From contig CP084166.1 in assembly GCA_021513695.1 (NCBI GenBank), forward strand, positions 2,496,001 through 2,560,000: a DNA stretch of 64,000 bases. The letters are read 5' to 3'. This stretch comes from Candidatus Heimdallarchaeum aukensis. GTDB lineage: Archaea > Asgardarchaeota > Heimdallarchaeia > Heimdallarchaeales > Heimdallarchaeaceae. The position numbers were made by a program, and so were the translations under genes. The stretch's first letter is position 1. Each line of letters starts with the position of its first letter. The notes beneath the pieces are model-generated. The model was not told the origin of the DNA and searched no databases. It worked only from the letters and a program-made list of their open reading frames with translations. Positions 17,929 through 27,122 of this stretch are shown here, piece after piece.

Positions 17929-19053
17929 TCAATGTAGTAATTTTCTCATTTTTGAATTAATCAAATCTCTGGCAATATCTGGTGCAATATCTCGTATCTC
18001 ATAAATTAGTTGGGTAAAGACTTTGGATGAAAATGATTTTGTTACTCTTGTAAGTTCGTCTACAAAAACTAAAGGATAAGGATATCCAACAACAGGTGAA
18101 ATCCGACATAAGTCATTAAATAATTCAAATAGTGAGTCCAATTTGGATAAATCCCATTTTGGAAATTCTAGATATAGTGCATGAGATGAATTAGGATACA
18201 AATAATAGGTACTACAAACACCTTCTCTTTTTAAGATTGAAATTGGGATTTCACCATGGGTGATACCAGCGACTGAAACATCTAAAGGTTCAAAATAAGC
18301 TGGTTTATCAGGCGAATATTTTCGTATTATATGTTGTAAAGCTATTCTTTCTCTCCAAGATTCATTTTCAATTAAATTTCGAAGAATTTCTAACTTTTCT
18401 TTATTAATATTTAATTTATCCATTACTTCCTTATCACACTTTAAAGCTCTTAGATATTTAGCTCTTCTCGCATCTTTTGATACTGCAATTACACTCACTT
18501 TACTCTTTTTTAAAGCTAAATTAAAAAAATCATTAGCATTTTTTTGATACTTTAGGAAAGCATCTGACAATTCTCTTATGTTAGTAACATTTACAGAAGT
18601 ATCAGGAAATGTGATAGCTCCATCAAGTAAAACAAGAGTTGGAATATCATCATCTATTTCATTAATTGCTTTTTTTGCAACATAATATTCTAAAGACTTC
18701 ATGAAAGTGGATGAAACTATTGAAGCTATATCTGAAGCTGGAGTATCAAAAAGTTGAATATCATTAAAATCAGTAATTTTTGCCTTTCCAAGTGTAATCA
18801 TAAAGGCTCGAGCAGAAGCAACAGCAAATCCCACTCCTTCTAAAGATGTATGATCCATCCCCCCATCAACGGCTATAACTCTCCAATTTTCATCTGAAAA
18901 TGATTTATATTTTGGAATATTTATGATAAGATCTTTTAAAATTTTGAAGTTATTGGCCTGTCTTCTAACTTTTGCAACAAGTTTTGGTACTTCTATTCTT
19001 CTATATCTATCAATTTCTTTCATAATAAGATTGAAATTATCCATTATCTTCAC
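17929..19053 (-). CDS. nurA: NurA-like nuclease
   Basis: 'WRVIAVDGGMDHT', 'LVLLDGAITFPD', 'VIAVSKDARR' and 'VGYPYPLVFVDELTRV' match conserved NurA blocks. Adjacency to herA supports the call. Confidence 0.72.
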   Translation of the reverse strand: MKIMDNFNLIMKEIDRYRRIEVPKLVAKVRRQANNFKILKDLIINIPKYKSFSDENWRVIAVDGGMDHTSLEGVGFAVASARAFMITLGKAKITDFNDIQLFDTPASDIASIVSSTFMKSLEYYVAKKAINEIDDDIPTLVLLDGAITFPDTSVNVTNIRELSDAFLKYQKNANDFFNLALKKSKVSVIAVSKDARRAKYLRALKCDKEVMDKLNINKEKLEILRNLIENESWRERIALQHIIRKYSPDKPAYFEPLDVSVAGITHGEIPISILKREGVCSTYYLYPNSSHALYLEFPKWDLSKLDSLFELFNDLCRISPVVGYPYPLVFVDELTRVTKSFSSKVFTQLIYEIRDIAPDIARDLINSKMRKLLH

Positions 19054-19783
19054 ATTCTTTTAGCTTGTTATCTAATTCTGGCCATTTCAGCCTTAGTTGA
19101 TGTAATCTGTCATTAAAATCTGTAGCACATCCAATTTTTTCGTCTTTAATCTCTAAAATGCCTTTTTCAATAAAAATTTCCATCCATTCTGATATTTCAT
19201 CAATCTCAGCTAATCTGTAAAAATCGCTTAGGGATATTGATTCTCCGAAACTCATCAAAAAGGTTAATGAACGTTGAATTCCATCCCATACTCTTTTAGA
19301 GAATTTTGGAAATGCAGCTTCAGATACTGTGATATTTTTGAATATCTCTTTAAATATGTTTTTTATCAGTTCTGTTTCAAGTTTTCTGTGATACTCTGTA
19401 AAGTATGGCAAACAATAGATAAAGTTGTCTCGAATGATAGCAATAATGTGTTTTTGGAATTTAATTGTTTTGTCTTTAGCTTCTATTCCAACGTTTCCAA
19501 CTTTCAAGATTTCTCTCTGATTTTCAAATTTGATTGAATCTAAAGTAACCTCACAACTTTTTATCGTTTTACAAAAATGTTCAATATCTATTTTAGAAAG
19601 AGCGATTATTATTCCTATGCGGTTACTAGTTATTTCTTTTTTATAGTCTTCAATTAATGAGTAAGTAATTAAGATACAATTTGATTGTTTAATATCATCT
19701 GTTCTTGAAAATTCAGTGTCTTCTAAAATAAATTTTAGAGGATTATATATTTGAGGAGGAATGAACATCTTCATACTTAACAC
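19037..19783 (-). CDS. hypothetical protein (248 aa), operon member
   Basis: Its 3' end overlaps the nurA-like start by 17 nt. Its start abuts the stop of the 1224-aa gene. No motif recognised. Confidence 0.5.
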   Translation of the reverse strand: MLSMKMFIPPQIYNPLKFILEDTEFSRTDDIKQSNCILITYSLIEDYKKEITSNRIGIIIALSKIDIEHFCKTIKSCEVTLDSIKFENQREILKVGNVGIEAKDKTIKFQKHIIAIIRDNFIYCLPYFTEYHRKLETELIKNIFKEIFKNITVSEAAFPKFSKRVWDGIQRSLTFLMSFGESISLSDFYRLAEIDEISEWMEIFIEKGILEIKDEKIGCATDFNDRLHQLRLKWPELDNKLKECEDNG

Positions 19784-22700
19784 CTATGTAGAAATTGTTT
19801 TAATAATTAGTTTTCTATTAATTAGATCTTCTATACAATTATCTACTTTATTTTTACCAAACTTTTCGTACAATTTTTCTAACTCTATTGCTCTCTTTGG
19901 TCCCTCTTTTCCTATCTCAAAGGCTATATCTTTATATTTAGTGAAATGTTCTTCTAAAAATTTATCTGTTACTTGTTTAAGATTGTACAAATCGTCAATA
20001 ACATTAAAAGATATTTCACGTTTTGAATCAACTTTATTAAGTAAACTAGGGATTTCATTAATACTTTTTACATCTTGATTTGATAGGATTAGATCTATAT
20101 TTCGTTCCTTTATCCAATTAAAAAAATTTGAAATTTGATTTAGAATTTTTTGTACATTGCGAAGCAGTATAGTTTGAATATCCTTATAAAAAGTTTCAAT
20201 TTCAGCACAAATTCGTGCAAACCAATCTAAGTATTTGTTAGCAAAAAACGGATCCTCTGGTAGTTCTGCTTTTAAGACATCATTTTCTAATTCTCTAAAC
20301 TCTCTCTCACCAATTTTATCTATGATTGATGAAATTTCAGTACTATTCTCAAAAACATAATCCCATTTTTTAATATCAACCAATTTTAGATTTTTTAAAG
20401 TGCTTAAGTATTTGTTAATAATTTCTGTTTGTTTTTCTAGTTTGGAATACAATGAAGATATTTGACTTTTAGCTTCAATGTGCTTGTTAAGTTCCTTCTT
20501 TATATTCTCAATTTTTACAATAGCTTTGTTTATTTCATTAATTTTCTTTATTGAATTTAATACACTAATGATTTTTTGAACAATATTATTAATTTTCGGA
20601 TCTGATTTTTTACTATGTTTATTACATTCTGCACTTATCTGTTTTAACAAAATTCTTAAGCTTTCTAGCTCACTTGTCACTTTTGAATAATCTTCTTCAT
20701 ATGCTTCAACTACTTCTGAAAAATCCCTCAATTTTTCATGTAATTTGCTTCTTTCATTGTAAATTTCAACTAATAATTCTCCTGTAATGTCAATAAAGTT
20801 TTTAGGTACTATTTCTTCAATATCTTTAGCATTTTTCTCAATTTCAGAAAGTTCATTTTCTAAATTCTTCAACTCTTGTAAAGTTTCAATTTCTAAATTG
20901 ATTGTGTGAGTATTTTCAGAAAAATCGACTCTAATAGTTTCTAACTCTGTAAACTTCTCAACTAAATTTAAATATTGTTTGGTTACCTCGTTAAGGTAAG
21001 TTCTATCCAATTTAGGATTGTAAAAATCAAATTTAAATTTCTTTTTTGCCTTTGGTGCTTGATCTATTAGAATACCTTTTACTGTTAGGAGTCTGAGGAT
21101 CTCTATTTCTTCTAAAATTGAACATGAAAGAGCATATCGTCTTCTTAATCTTATTCTTGCCAATTCAGGATCAATAGAATGAGCAAAAACAGAAAACAGT
21201 TCTATTATATCACGTTCTATTAAACTTAATTTTTGTACTTTATTGAACTTGAAAAGGCTACCAAAGCGTTCAAGTTTAGTTTTTAATTCGTTTATTTTTT
21301 GGTTGTTGGGTTCTTCTGAAACAATTTCTTCCCATAATTCATAATAAGTATCTAGTAGATCGTTAAAATCTCTTTTTTGGAAAATTCTATTGTCAAGAGG
21401 TATTCTATCCATTTTGTCAAATTCAGTTCTTATTTCCTTTTGAGTGTTGGTAAGCCAAGTAATGAAATTGTTTTTTATATCATCATGATTTTTCTCTTGA
21501 TGTGTTTCTTTTGGATATAAAATGTGAATTAGATCTTTTTTAGGAATTCCATACACTTTAATTAAAGGACTGTCTCTAGGTTTTAAATCCACTATTCCAG
21601 TTAATTCTTGTGATAGTTTTTCATGTTTGATTATTTCGTCTGTTTCTTCAGGCACCAAAAATGTAATTGCTTCAAAAAGTTCTGAACTTTTTACACATAA
21701 CTTTAGGTAGGTTTTAAGAATATCTTTTATATCCTTCTCTATTGATGGCTTAGCAAGCATGATTGCATTTTTTGGAGAGTCAATTGCACATACCAAATCG
21801 TTAATATTCTTATCTTTAGTTCCTAAAACGGAAATATAATGCATTTTTAGTATTTCTTTTAGATTTTTTGAGAATTTAACTGATATTTTTCTAGAAGATT
21901 CATTATCAAATTGCTGTAATGCTTTTCTCTCACCACTTATTTCTATACCTCTTATCTGTTTTTCTTTAATTTCATTTTTCCATCTTTGTTCAGAAATAAG
22001 TATATATGATTTTGCTTTGTTTTCAAACAATTCTCTTAATTCTTCATTTAACGTTTTCAGATTTTTTTTCTTAACTGCAATATAAGTGTTATATTCGCTA
22101 ACTGGAACTGTAGTAGGATCGTAATTATTCTTTACTAAATCATTATCAATATATGTTGCATACTTTTTAATAAGTCTGATATTTCTGTATTGACTGTCTT
22201 TTTCGCTGTATTCGATGTCTTTAACTATTTCTTCGTAATTTTCTATATTATCTTCATAATTAATAATTAATAAATCATCAACAAGACCTGAATCGATTAA
22301 CCGGTTTTTAAAGAATTCTACCAAATTTTGATCGATGTAATTTTTAAGTTCAGCATCAGAAATTGCAGAGTGGTCAAAATAAATTCGAAAAAGTAATTTG
22401 TAGATTGTTTCTTCATTAATGTTTATTTCTTTTGCAAACTTTCTTGCTACCTCAATTAACGAGGAATTAATCTTTCTTAACGCATTTTCAAAATTCTCAT
22501 TATTTAATCCTAAGATTTCAGGTTTTTTTATTATCTCTTCAAAATGTTCTAAGGTGAATTGAATTATTATTTCTTCTTTTCTTTCTAAGGTTTTTTTTGC
22601 TAAATACACCACTAGTCTATCCATCAATTTTATTAACATTCTTGTATTAACATAGGTATATTCATGTACTAAGGCAGAAAGCTTAGCTAAAGCTAAAGCA

Positions 22701-23458
22701 GTTCCTTCACTAAATGGATAATAAGGGTTTTTTAAATTAATTAAATTCCTTAAATCTTGATTTGCGTAAAAGTAAATGTAGCGACGAACTAATCCAGCCA
22801 TCTTCCAATCTTCAGGCTCTGGAATTATTATTTTGAATCCAATTAATCTATTATCACTTATATCCGGGTGGTAACTTAAGACATAATTCCAAGATGGAAC
22901 ACCAAAACCTAAAACTAGCATAATATTTTTGAAATCACTAAACCTATCATTTCTTTCTAAAAATCTCCTAAAATCTTTAAAGAATCGATCCGCATCGTTT
23001 CTTGATATCTGATTATTTGAAATCATTCTAGGAATATCATCTATTTCATCGATAAAAATAATAACTCGTTTTGAGGTATTTTCATCTTTTAAATTTCTAG
23101 ATAATTGTTTTTTTAAAAAAGAGTATAAATTTAGTGTGTCTCTACTAAATTGAGTGAAAATTGATATTATACCTATACTTTTAGTATATCTAGCAAGATA
23201 TTTCATAAGTTCAGATTTTCCTGAACCATATTCACCAATTACTGCTAAAGCAATATTGTCCCTATAATTAGTTGATTCTTCTAGTTTTCCGATAGCTCGT
23301 ATTAAAGCATTTCTTACCCCTACTGGAGGTGGAACATCTTCGTCCAATCCTTTAGTAACCCCCATTGGATTAAAAGGATTACTTGTAAAACCAACCTTTT
23401 TGAATAAATTCATTTCGTTACTCATATTTAAAATCCTCCTTAATTTCAGTAATCCCAT
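19784..23458 (-). CDS. large P-loop NTPase (N-terminal AAA/ORC-like core) with ~900-aa Lys/Glu/Ile-rich helical, probably coiled-coil, extension
   Basis: Walker A 'GEYGSGKS' (aa 75-82) and Walker B 'VIIFIDEIDD' (aa ~131-140) lie close together at the N-terminus. The rest is low-complexity helical sequence. The true start is possibly Met12 or Met16. Confidence 0.65.
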   Translation of the reverse strand: MGLLKLRRILNMSNEMNLFKKVGFTSNPFNPMGVTKGLDEDVPPPVGVRNALIRAIGKLEESTNYRDNIALAVIGEYGSGKSELMKYLARYTKSIGIISIFTQFSRDTLNLYSFLKKQLSRNLKDENTSKRVIIFIDEIDDIPRMISNNQISRNDADRFFKDFRRFLERNDRFSDFKNIMLVLGFGVPSWNYVLSYHPDISDNRLIGFKIIIPEPEDWKMAGLVRRYIYFYANQDLRNLINLKNPYYPFSEGTALALAKLSALVHEYTYVNTRMLIKLMDRLVVYLAKKTLERKEEIIIQFTLEHFEEIIKKPEILGLNNENFENALRKINSSLIEVARKFAKEININEETIYKLLFRIYFDHSAISDAELKNYIDQNLVEFFKNRLIDSGLVDDLLIINYEDNIENYEEIVKDIEYSEKDSQYRNIRLIKKYATYIDNDLVKNNYDPTTVPVSEYNTYIAVKKKNLKTLNEELRELFENKAKSYILISEQRWKNEIKEKQIRGIEISGERKALQQFDNESSRKISVKFSKNLKEILKMHYISVLGTKDKNINDLVCAIDSPKNAIMLAKPSIEKDIKDILKTYLKLCVKSSELFEAITFLVPEETDEIIKHEKLSQELTGIVDLKPRDSPLIKVYGIPKKDLIHILYPKETHQEKNHDDIKNNFITWLTNTQKEIRTEFDKMDRIPLDNRIFQKRDFNDLLDTYYELWEEIVSEEPNNQKINELKTKLERFGSLFKFNKVQKLSLIERDIIELFSVFAHSIDPELARIRLRRRYALSCSILEEIEILRLLTVKGILIDQAPKAKKKFKFDFYNPKLDRTYLNEVTKQYLNLVEKFTELETIRVDFSENTHTINLEIETLQELKNLENELSEIEKNAKDIEEIVPKNFIDITGELLVEIYNERSKLHEKLRDFSEVVEAYEEDYSKVTSELESLRILLKQISAECNKHSKKSDPKINNIVQKIISVLNSIKKINEINKAIVKIENIKKELNKHIEAKSQISSLYSKLEKQTEIINKYLSTLKNLKLVDIKKWDYVFENSTEISSIIDKIGEREFRELENDVLKAELPEDPFFANKYLDWFARICAEIETFYKDIQTILLRNVQKILNQISNFFNWIKERNIDLILSNQDVKSINEIPSLLNKVDSKREISFNVIDDLYNLKQVTDKFLEEHFTKYKDIAFEIGKEGPKRAIELEKLYEKFGKNKVDNCIEDLINRKLIIKTIST

Positions 23459-24176
23459 AAGTGCCAGGTATGATGTTCTCGACTCCTACACCAAATTTAA
23501 ATTGAATCTGAAGATCATCTTTCAGTGTTTTTAATAGATTAAAAGCAGTTTCTAACGTCATTACTTTATTTGATTCTAGCACCTTCTGGGTAAAGCACTC
23601 TATGATGTCATATGTTCTCAATTGCTTTATTTTGGCTTCTTTTGAGATAATTCCTATACATTTTTTAAACAAACTAACATATGTTCTTGTTGTCATCTTG
23701 CTTTCATAATAAATTCCTTCTGATTCCTTTTTTAGTAATGAGCTCATTATTGCTAATGCTGTTAAAGTGTTAAATGTAGGTTCAGGAAGATTCCAACCAT
23801 AACTGAACTGTTTCTCCTTGATTAAATTAAAAAGGGATTTTTTACTTTCAAAAAATTTATCACTACTTTCATCTAAAAAATCAGTTAAAACTCTATATTG
23901 AGGTATCTGACTCATTAAAATGTTATGAAGCAAATCTGAAAACTTATCTTTTTCATTACGAAATTCAAACAATTTTTGACCATTTTGTGTGAATTTTAGA
24001 TATTTATTTTTCTCTTCTTCAATAATTCCAAGCTGTTTCATGAGTCTTCTAACATCATTACCTGATGTATCAAATTGTTTAAACTGTTCTACTGGAATTT
24101 TCCCTTTATATAGACCTATGGCTGTTAAACACCTCATAAATGAACCTTCAGTAACTTGAGGTAATGATTTAATCAT
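23418..24176 (-). CDS. hypothetical protein (252 aa), first gene of the HerA/NurA-containing operon
   Basis: Long ORF overlapping the next gene. No motif recognised. Confidence 0.5.
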   Translation of the reverse strand: MIKSLPQVTEGSFMRCLTAIGLYKGKIPVEQFKQFDTSGNDVRRLMKQLGIIEEEKNKYLKFTQNGQKLFEFRNEKDKFSDLLHNILMSQIPQYRVLTDFLDESSDKFFESKKSLFNLIKEKQFSYGWNLPEPTFNTLTALAIMSSLLKKESEGIYYESKMTTRTYVSLFKKCIGIISKEAKIKQLRTYDIIECFTQKVLESNKVMTLETAFNLLKTLKDDLQIQFKFGVGVENIIPGTYGITEIKEDFKYE

Positions 24177-24259
24177 CGAGTGTTTATTTAATTTTTATTA
24201 TATTTATTTTATGGAAAAAGTATGTTTTTTTTAAAAAAATATTATCTCTTTTAAGAAAA

Positions 24260-25267
24260 AAGCATGTCCAAAAATTCTTTTTCACCAACTATACAGTCCG
24301 AAGGAGTAAACGGTAGTTATAACAGAGGAGAGAACTGTACAAGGTAGAAAGGATGGTAGAGGGTAAGCGATCAAGTATCGGGGGAAGAGAGAGTTTGAGG
24401 AGACCAAAGACATGTTCAATACTACTACGATACTCGGGGTGGTGATTATGACGATAGAGACCAGGGTAGAGACGATGAGCTTGAACTATTGGTCCAAGAG
24501 GAGGAGGAGAGGGATAACGAGCATTACTTTTTGGGGGAATAACAGGAAAAAAGGAATGTTGGCTAAGAAGACCGACGATATTTTCTGTCCAGTAGGCACA
24601 GTCTCCATAGAATCGCAAGAAAGGTCTCAAGAGTGCAGAAGGAAGTTTCTGCCATAACAAACCGAAGACTTTACTATCGTGAGTGTTACTAGCAGAATGA
24701 GTAAGAGAGACTATAGCTCGAGAGGGTAAACCAACTATAAGGTGTATCTTCCAGAAAAGTTTAGTTTGGAGGTTTTCTTTAGTCCTCCTCTTGCCCACTT
24801 GAGAAAACGCCAAACAGAAGCTTGACGGATTTTAAACCCTGAACTATCCACCGCCATAGCTTTCAACCCTTTTTTCCTCACTATTTTCCTACCTAAATCT
24901 ATTATCCACCGCTCCAGCAACTCACTTTCTGTCGCTCTCCACACTGCATGAAAAGTAGATTTGGAAGGAATCTTCTTCATCCACCCCTCTTCTATCAAAA
25001 AAGCGCATAAAGACAACTTTTCCTCTAACTTCCTCCAAGCAATTCCTTCTATTCTAGCAATGATCGCTAAAGCCAGTATCACCCATCTTTCTGCTATTCT
25101 CTTTCTCCCTCTCTTGCTTTCTCTCGGTTCCTCTTTCACCAGTTTCTTAAGGAAAGGTTCATTAATGATTATGAATTCTCTTGCTTTGTGGGGGTCTATG
25201 ATCTGAAAGAAATTCATACTTCCGACATAAACCCCCACATTAATAAAAATTAATTTTTGGACATGCT
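24260..25267 (-). mobile_element. IS5/IS4-superfamily insertion sequence (~1.0 kb), visibly GC-richer than its flanks
   Basis: Perfect 16-bp IRs: AGCATGTCCAAAAATT (24261-24276) and AATTTTTGGACATGCT (25252-25267). Direct repeat TTAAGAAAA at 24251-24259 and 25268-25276. Confidence 0.8.
24289..25238 (-). CDS. DDE transposase split into two overlapping ORFs (24735-25238 and 24289-24813); the frameshift is either programmed or inactivating
   Basis: 'AMAVDSSGFK' (D) is in the first ORF. 'WKIHLIVG...THDSK', 'FYGDCAYWT' (D) and 'YRSSIEHVFGLLK' (E, K at +7) are in the second. The overlap contains 'CTAAAGAAAAC'. Confidence 0.7.
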
Positions 25268-25282
25268 TTAAGAAAATTTAAA

Positions 25283-26515
25283 TTAGTTTATTTTGTTTAT
25301 ATCTTCATTTTCTAAATAGTAATCTTGAATTATGTCAGAAAGATTGTAATTTTTAAAATATCCATTATTTAACTCTATTATGAATGGAATATATTTTCTT
25401 AATGGAGAGGTCTTTAAATACGTTTTTAACTGTTCTAACTTATCGCTAGTAAAGGGTAACATATTTTTTATTCGTTCAAATTCGTTTAAATAAACGTAAG
25501 CATTATGTAAAGCTCTTAAGTTAAAGCTTTTATCTAAATTCTCTCTTGTATGAGGATTCACTCCGCATTCGCATTTTAAAAATTCTTCTTCATGTTCTTC
25601 TTCGAGAACTTTTCTTGATTTATTTTTTCTAGGAAATAGAAATCTATCTGACAGTCCTGGTAATTGTATCGCGCCATGAGCAGCTTTTAATCTCCATCCA
25701 ACAGAATCAACAGAATCAGCTCCCGCTCCATAAATGAGATTCATTGTTGTAGTTCCTCCAATGCCAAATACATGAAGTTTACTTTTAGGAAACAATTTTT
25801 TGACTAATGCCGTTGCAGCAAAAACGAACATTGGGGCATTTAACCTTTTATCTTTTGAATGTGTTGGAATATTCTTTGAACCTTTGCTATATTTTAATAA
25901 TGGAACCATTGAACCTAATCCTATCCACTTTGGATACGAATTAGTATAATCTTTGTAAATCTCTAGGATTTTTTTAGAATAATTAATAATTTTTCTAAAT
26001 GAATGACCGTGAACGACAGGTATTAACGTTGTATCCAGATTTGCTTGTAACATCTTTTCTAAATTATCTAGTGTTTTTTTTTGCCTGTAATAGTTTTTGG
26101 AATATGTGGCTGTAGGATCTAAAGGATGATCTAAAACTACTGCATAATCCGGTGATGCCTTATTATACAATTTTATTAGATCTTCAACTTTAATTGAGAT
26201 ACCTTGTTTTTTTTGAAAAATAAAACCTCCACTATCCATCATAACATTAGAATTAATTTCTAAAAAATTTTTTAATCCTTTTTTCTCAATTTTTTCTCTA
26301 ATTTTTGGCTTGAAAATAATTTCTGCTCCATTTACTAAAATTCCTACATTTTTTGAAGTAAACTTGGCTATACTTTTGACTTTAGGTTGTGGATTTATAG
26401 GTGTTCCAAACCAAAAAAAAAGGTCATTTTTACCAGAGTTATTATCGAATATGTCACTTACTATCTGTTGCTCAGTTTTTTCATCATCAGAAGAAATTTT
26501 ACATGTAGTAATCAT
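25283..26515 (-). CDS. tRNA-guanine transglycosylase (TGT)-fold protein, DpdA/TgtA5-like candidate
   Basis: 'MMDSGGFIFQ' corresponds to the TGT DSGGFQ motif. 'LHVFGIGGTTTMNLIYGAGADSVDSVGWRLKAAHGAI' corresponds to the GxGxP...GxDxFD...A..G block carrying the second catalytic Asp. 'CECGVNPH' is only a partial Zn motif. No PUA-like C-terminus was seen. Confidence 0.65.
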   Translation of the reverse strand: MITTCKISSDDEKTEQQIVSDIFDNNSGKNDLFFWFGTPINPQPKVKSIAKFTSKNVGILVNGAEIIFKPKIREKIEKKGLKNFLEINSNVMMDSGGFIFQKKQGISIKVEDLIKLYNKASPDYAVVLDHPLDPTATYSKNYYRQKKTLDNLEKMLQANLDTTLIPVVHGHSFRKIINYSKKILEIYKDYTNSYPKWIGLGSMVPLLKYSKGSKNIPTHSKDKRLNAPMFVFAATALVKKLFPKSKLHVFGIGGTTTMNLIYGAGADSVDSVGWRLKAAHGAIQLPGLSDRFLFPRKNKSRKVLEEEHEEEFLKCECGVNPHTRENLDKSFNLRALHNAYVYLNEFERIKNMLPFTSDKLEQLKTYLKTSPLRKYIPFIIELNNGYFKNYNLSDIIQDYYLENEDINKIN

Positions 26516-26607
26516 TTATGACCCAACAAGTTAGTTGTTAATTGGTAATATAATAAATCTTACTTAGATACTTTCATTCATACAATAATAAATATTTTTA
26601 TCTATAA

Positions 26608-26717
26608 TAGTACTTCCGCAATAAGTTGACTGATTTCTATAGGTTAAAATTATAGGAGTTCATACTATCATTGGCGTGTTCTCAATTCATACTTTTTGAG
26701 ATAATTCGGAAGTACTA
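26608..26717. mobile_element. 110-bp MITE derived from the IS4/ISH3-type element family (copy 1)
   Basis: Termini TAGTACTTCCG...CGGAAGTACTA. Flanking direct repeat CTATAA (26602-26607 and 26718-26723). It is the exact reverse complement of 50806-50915. Confidence 0.85.
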
Positions 26718-27122
26718 CTATAAATCAAAAACGTTTTGTTTTTATTTTTTCTTCTATAGGTGAATTTGCTAAAATTGTTAGTTTTTTCACAGTAGAATTG
26801 GGTTACGCTTTTGTATGATTGAAGCATAAGGCTGATTCTTAATTTTTTTATATTCTATAAGCGTAAGTCAAAGCTTTTGAGTTATTATTTATTAATGAAT
26901 TATAAATTATACTGCATAAATAACCAGTACTTGCTGTAACAATACAAGCAATATGTTAATAAATAACAAAATCATAAATTCAAAAAAATAAAGTAGATTT
27001 AAAAACCTGTATAATAAATAAACTTAAGGAATAGAATTTAGATTAGGTTATTTTATAATAGGTATTTAATAATCATCAAATATTAACAAAACGTTTAAGT
27101 ATCGTTATTATTCCCTTTCTTT

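Noticed and set aside
19784-23458. Calling the 1224-aa protein Rad50/SMC (which would restore a Mre11-Rad50-like context for HerA-NurA) or BREX BrxC.
   Set aside because: Walker A and B are adjacent at the N-terminus rather than split across a coiled coil. I found no CxxC hook and no C-terminal ABC signature. There is no Mre11-like phosphoesterase gene and no PglX/PglZ/BrxA/BrxB gene nearby.
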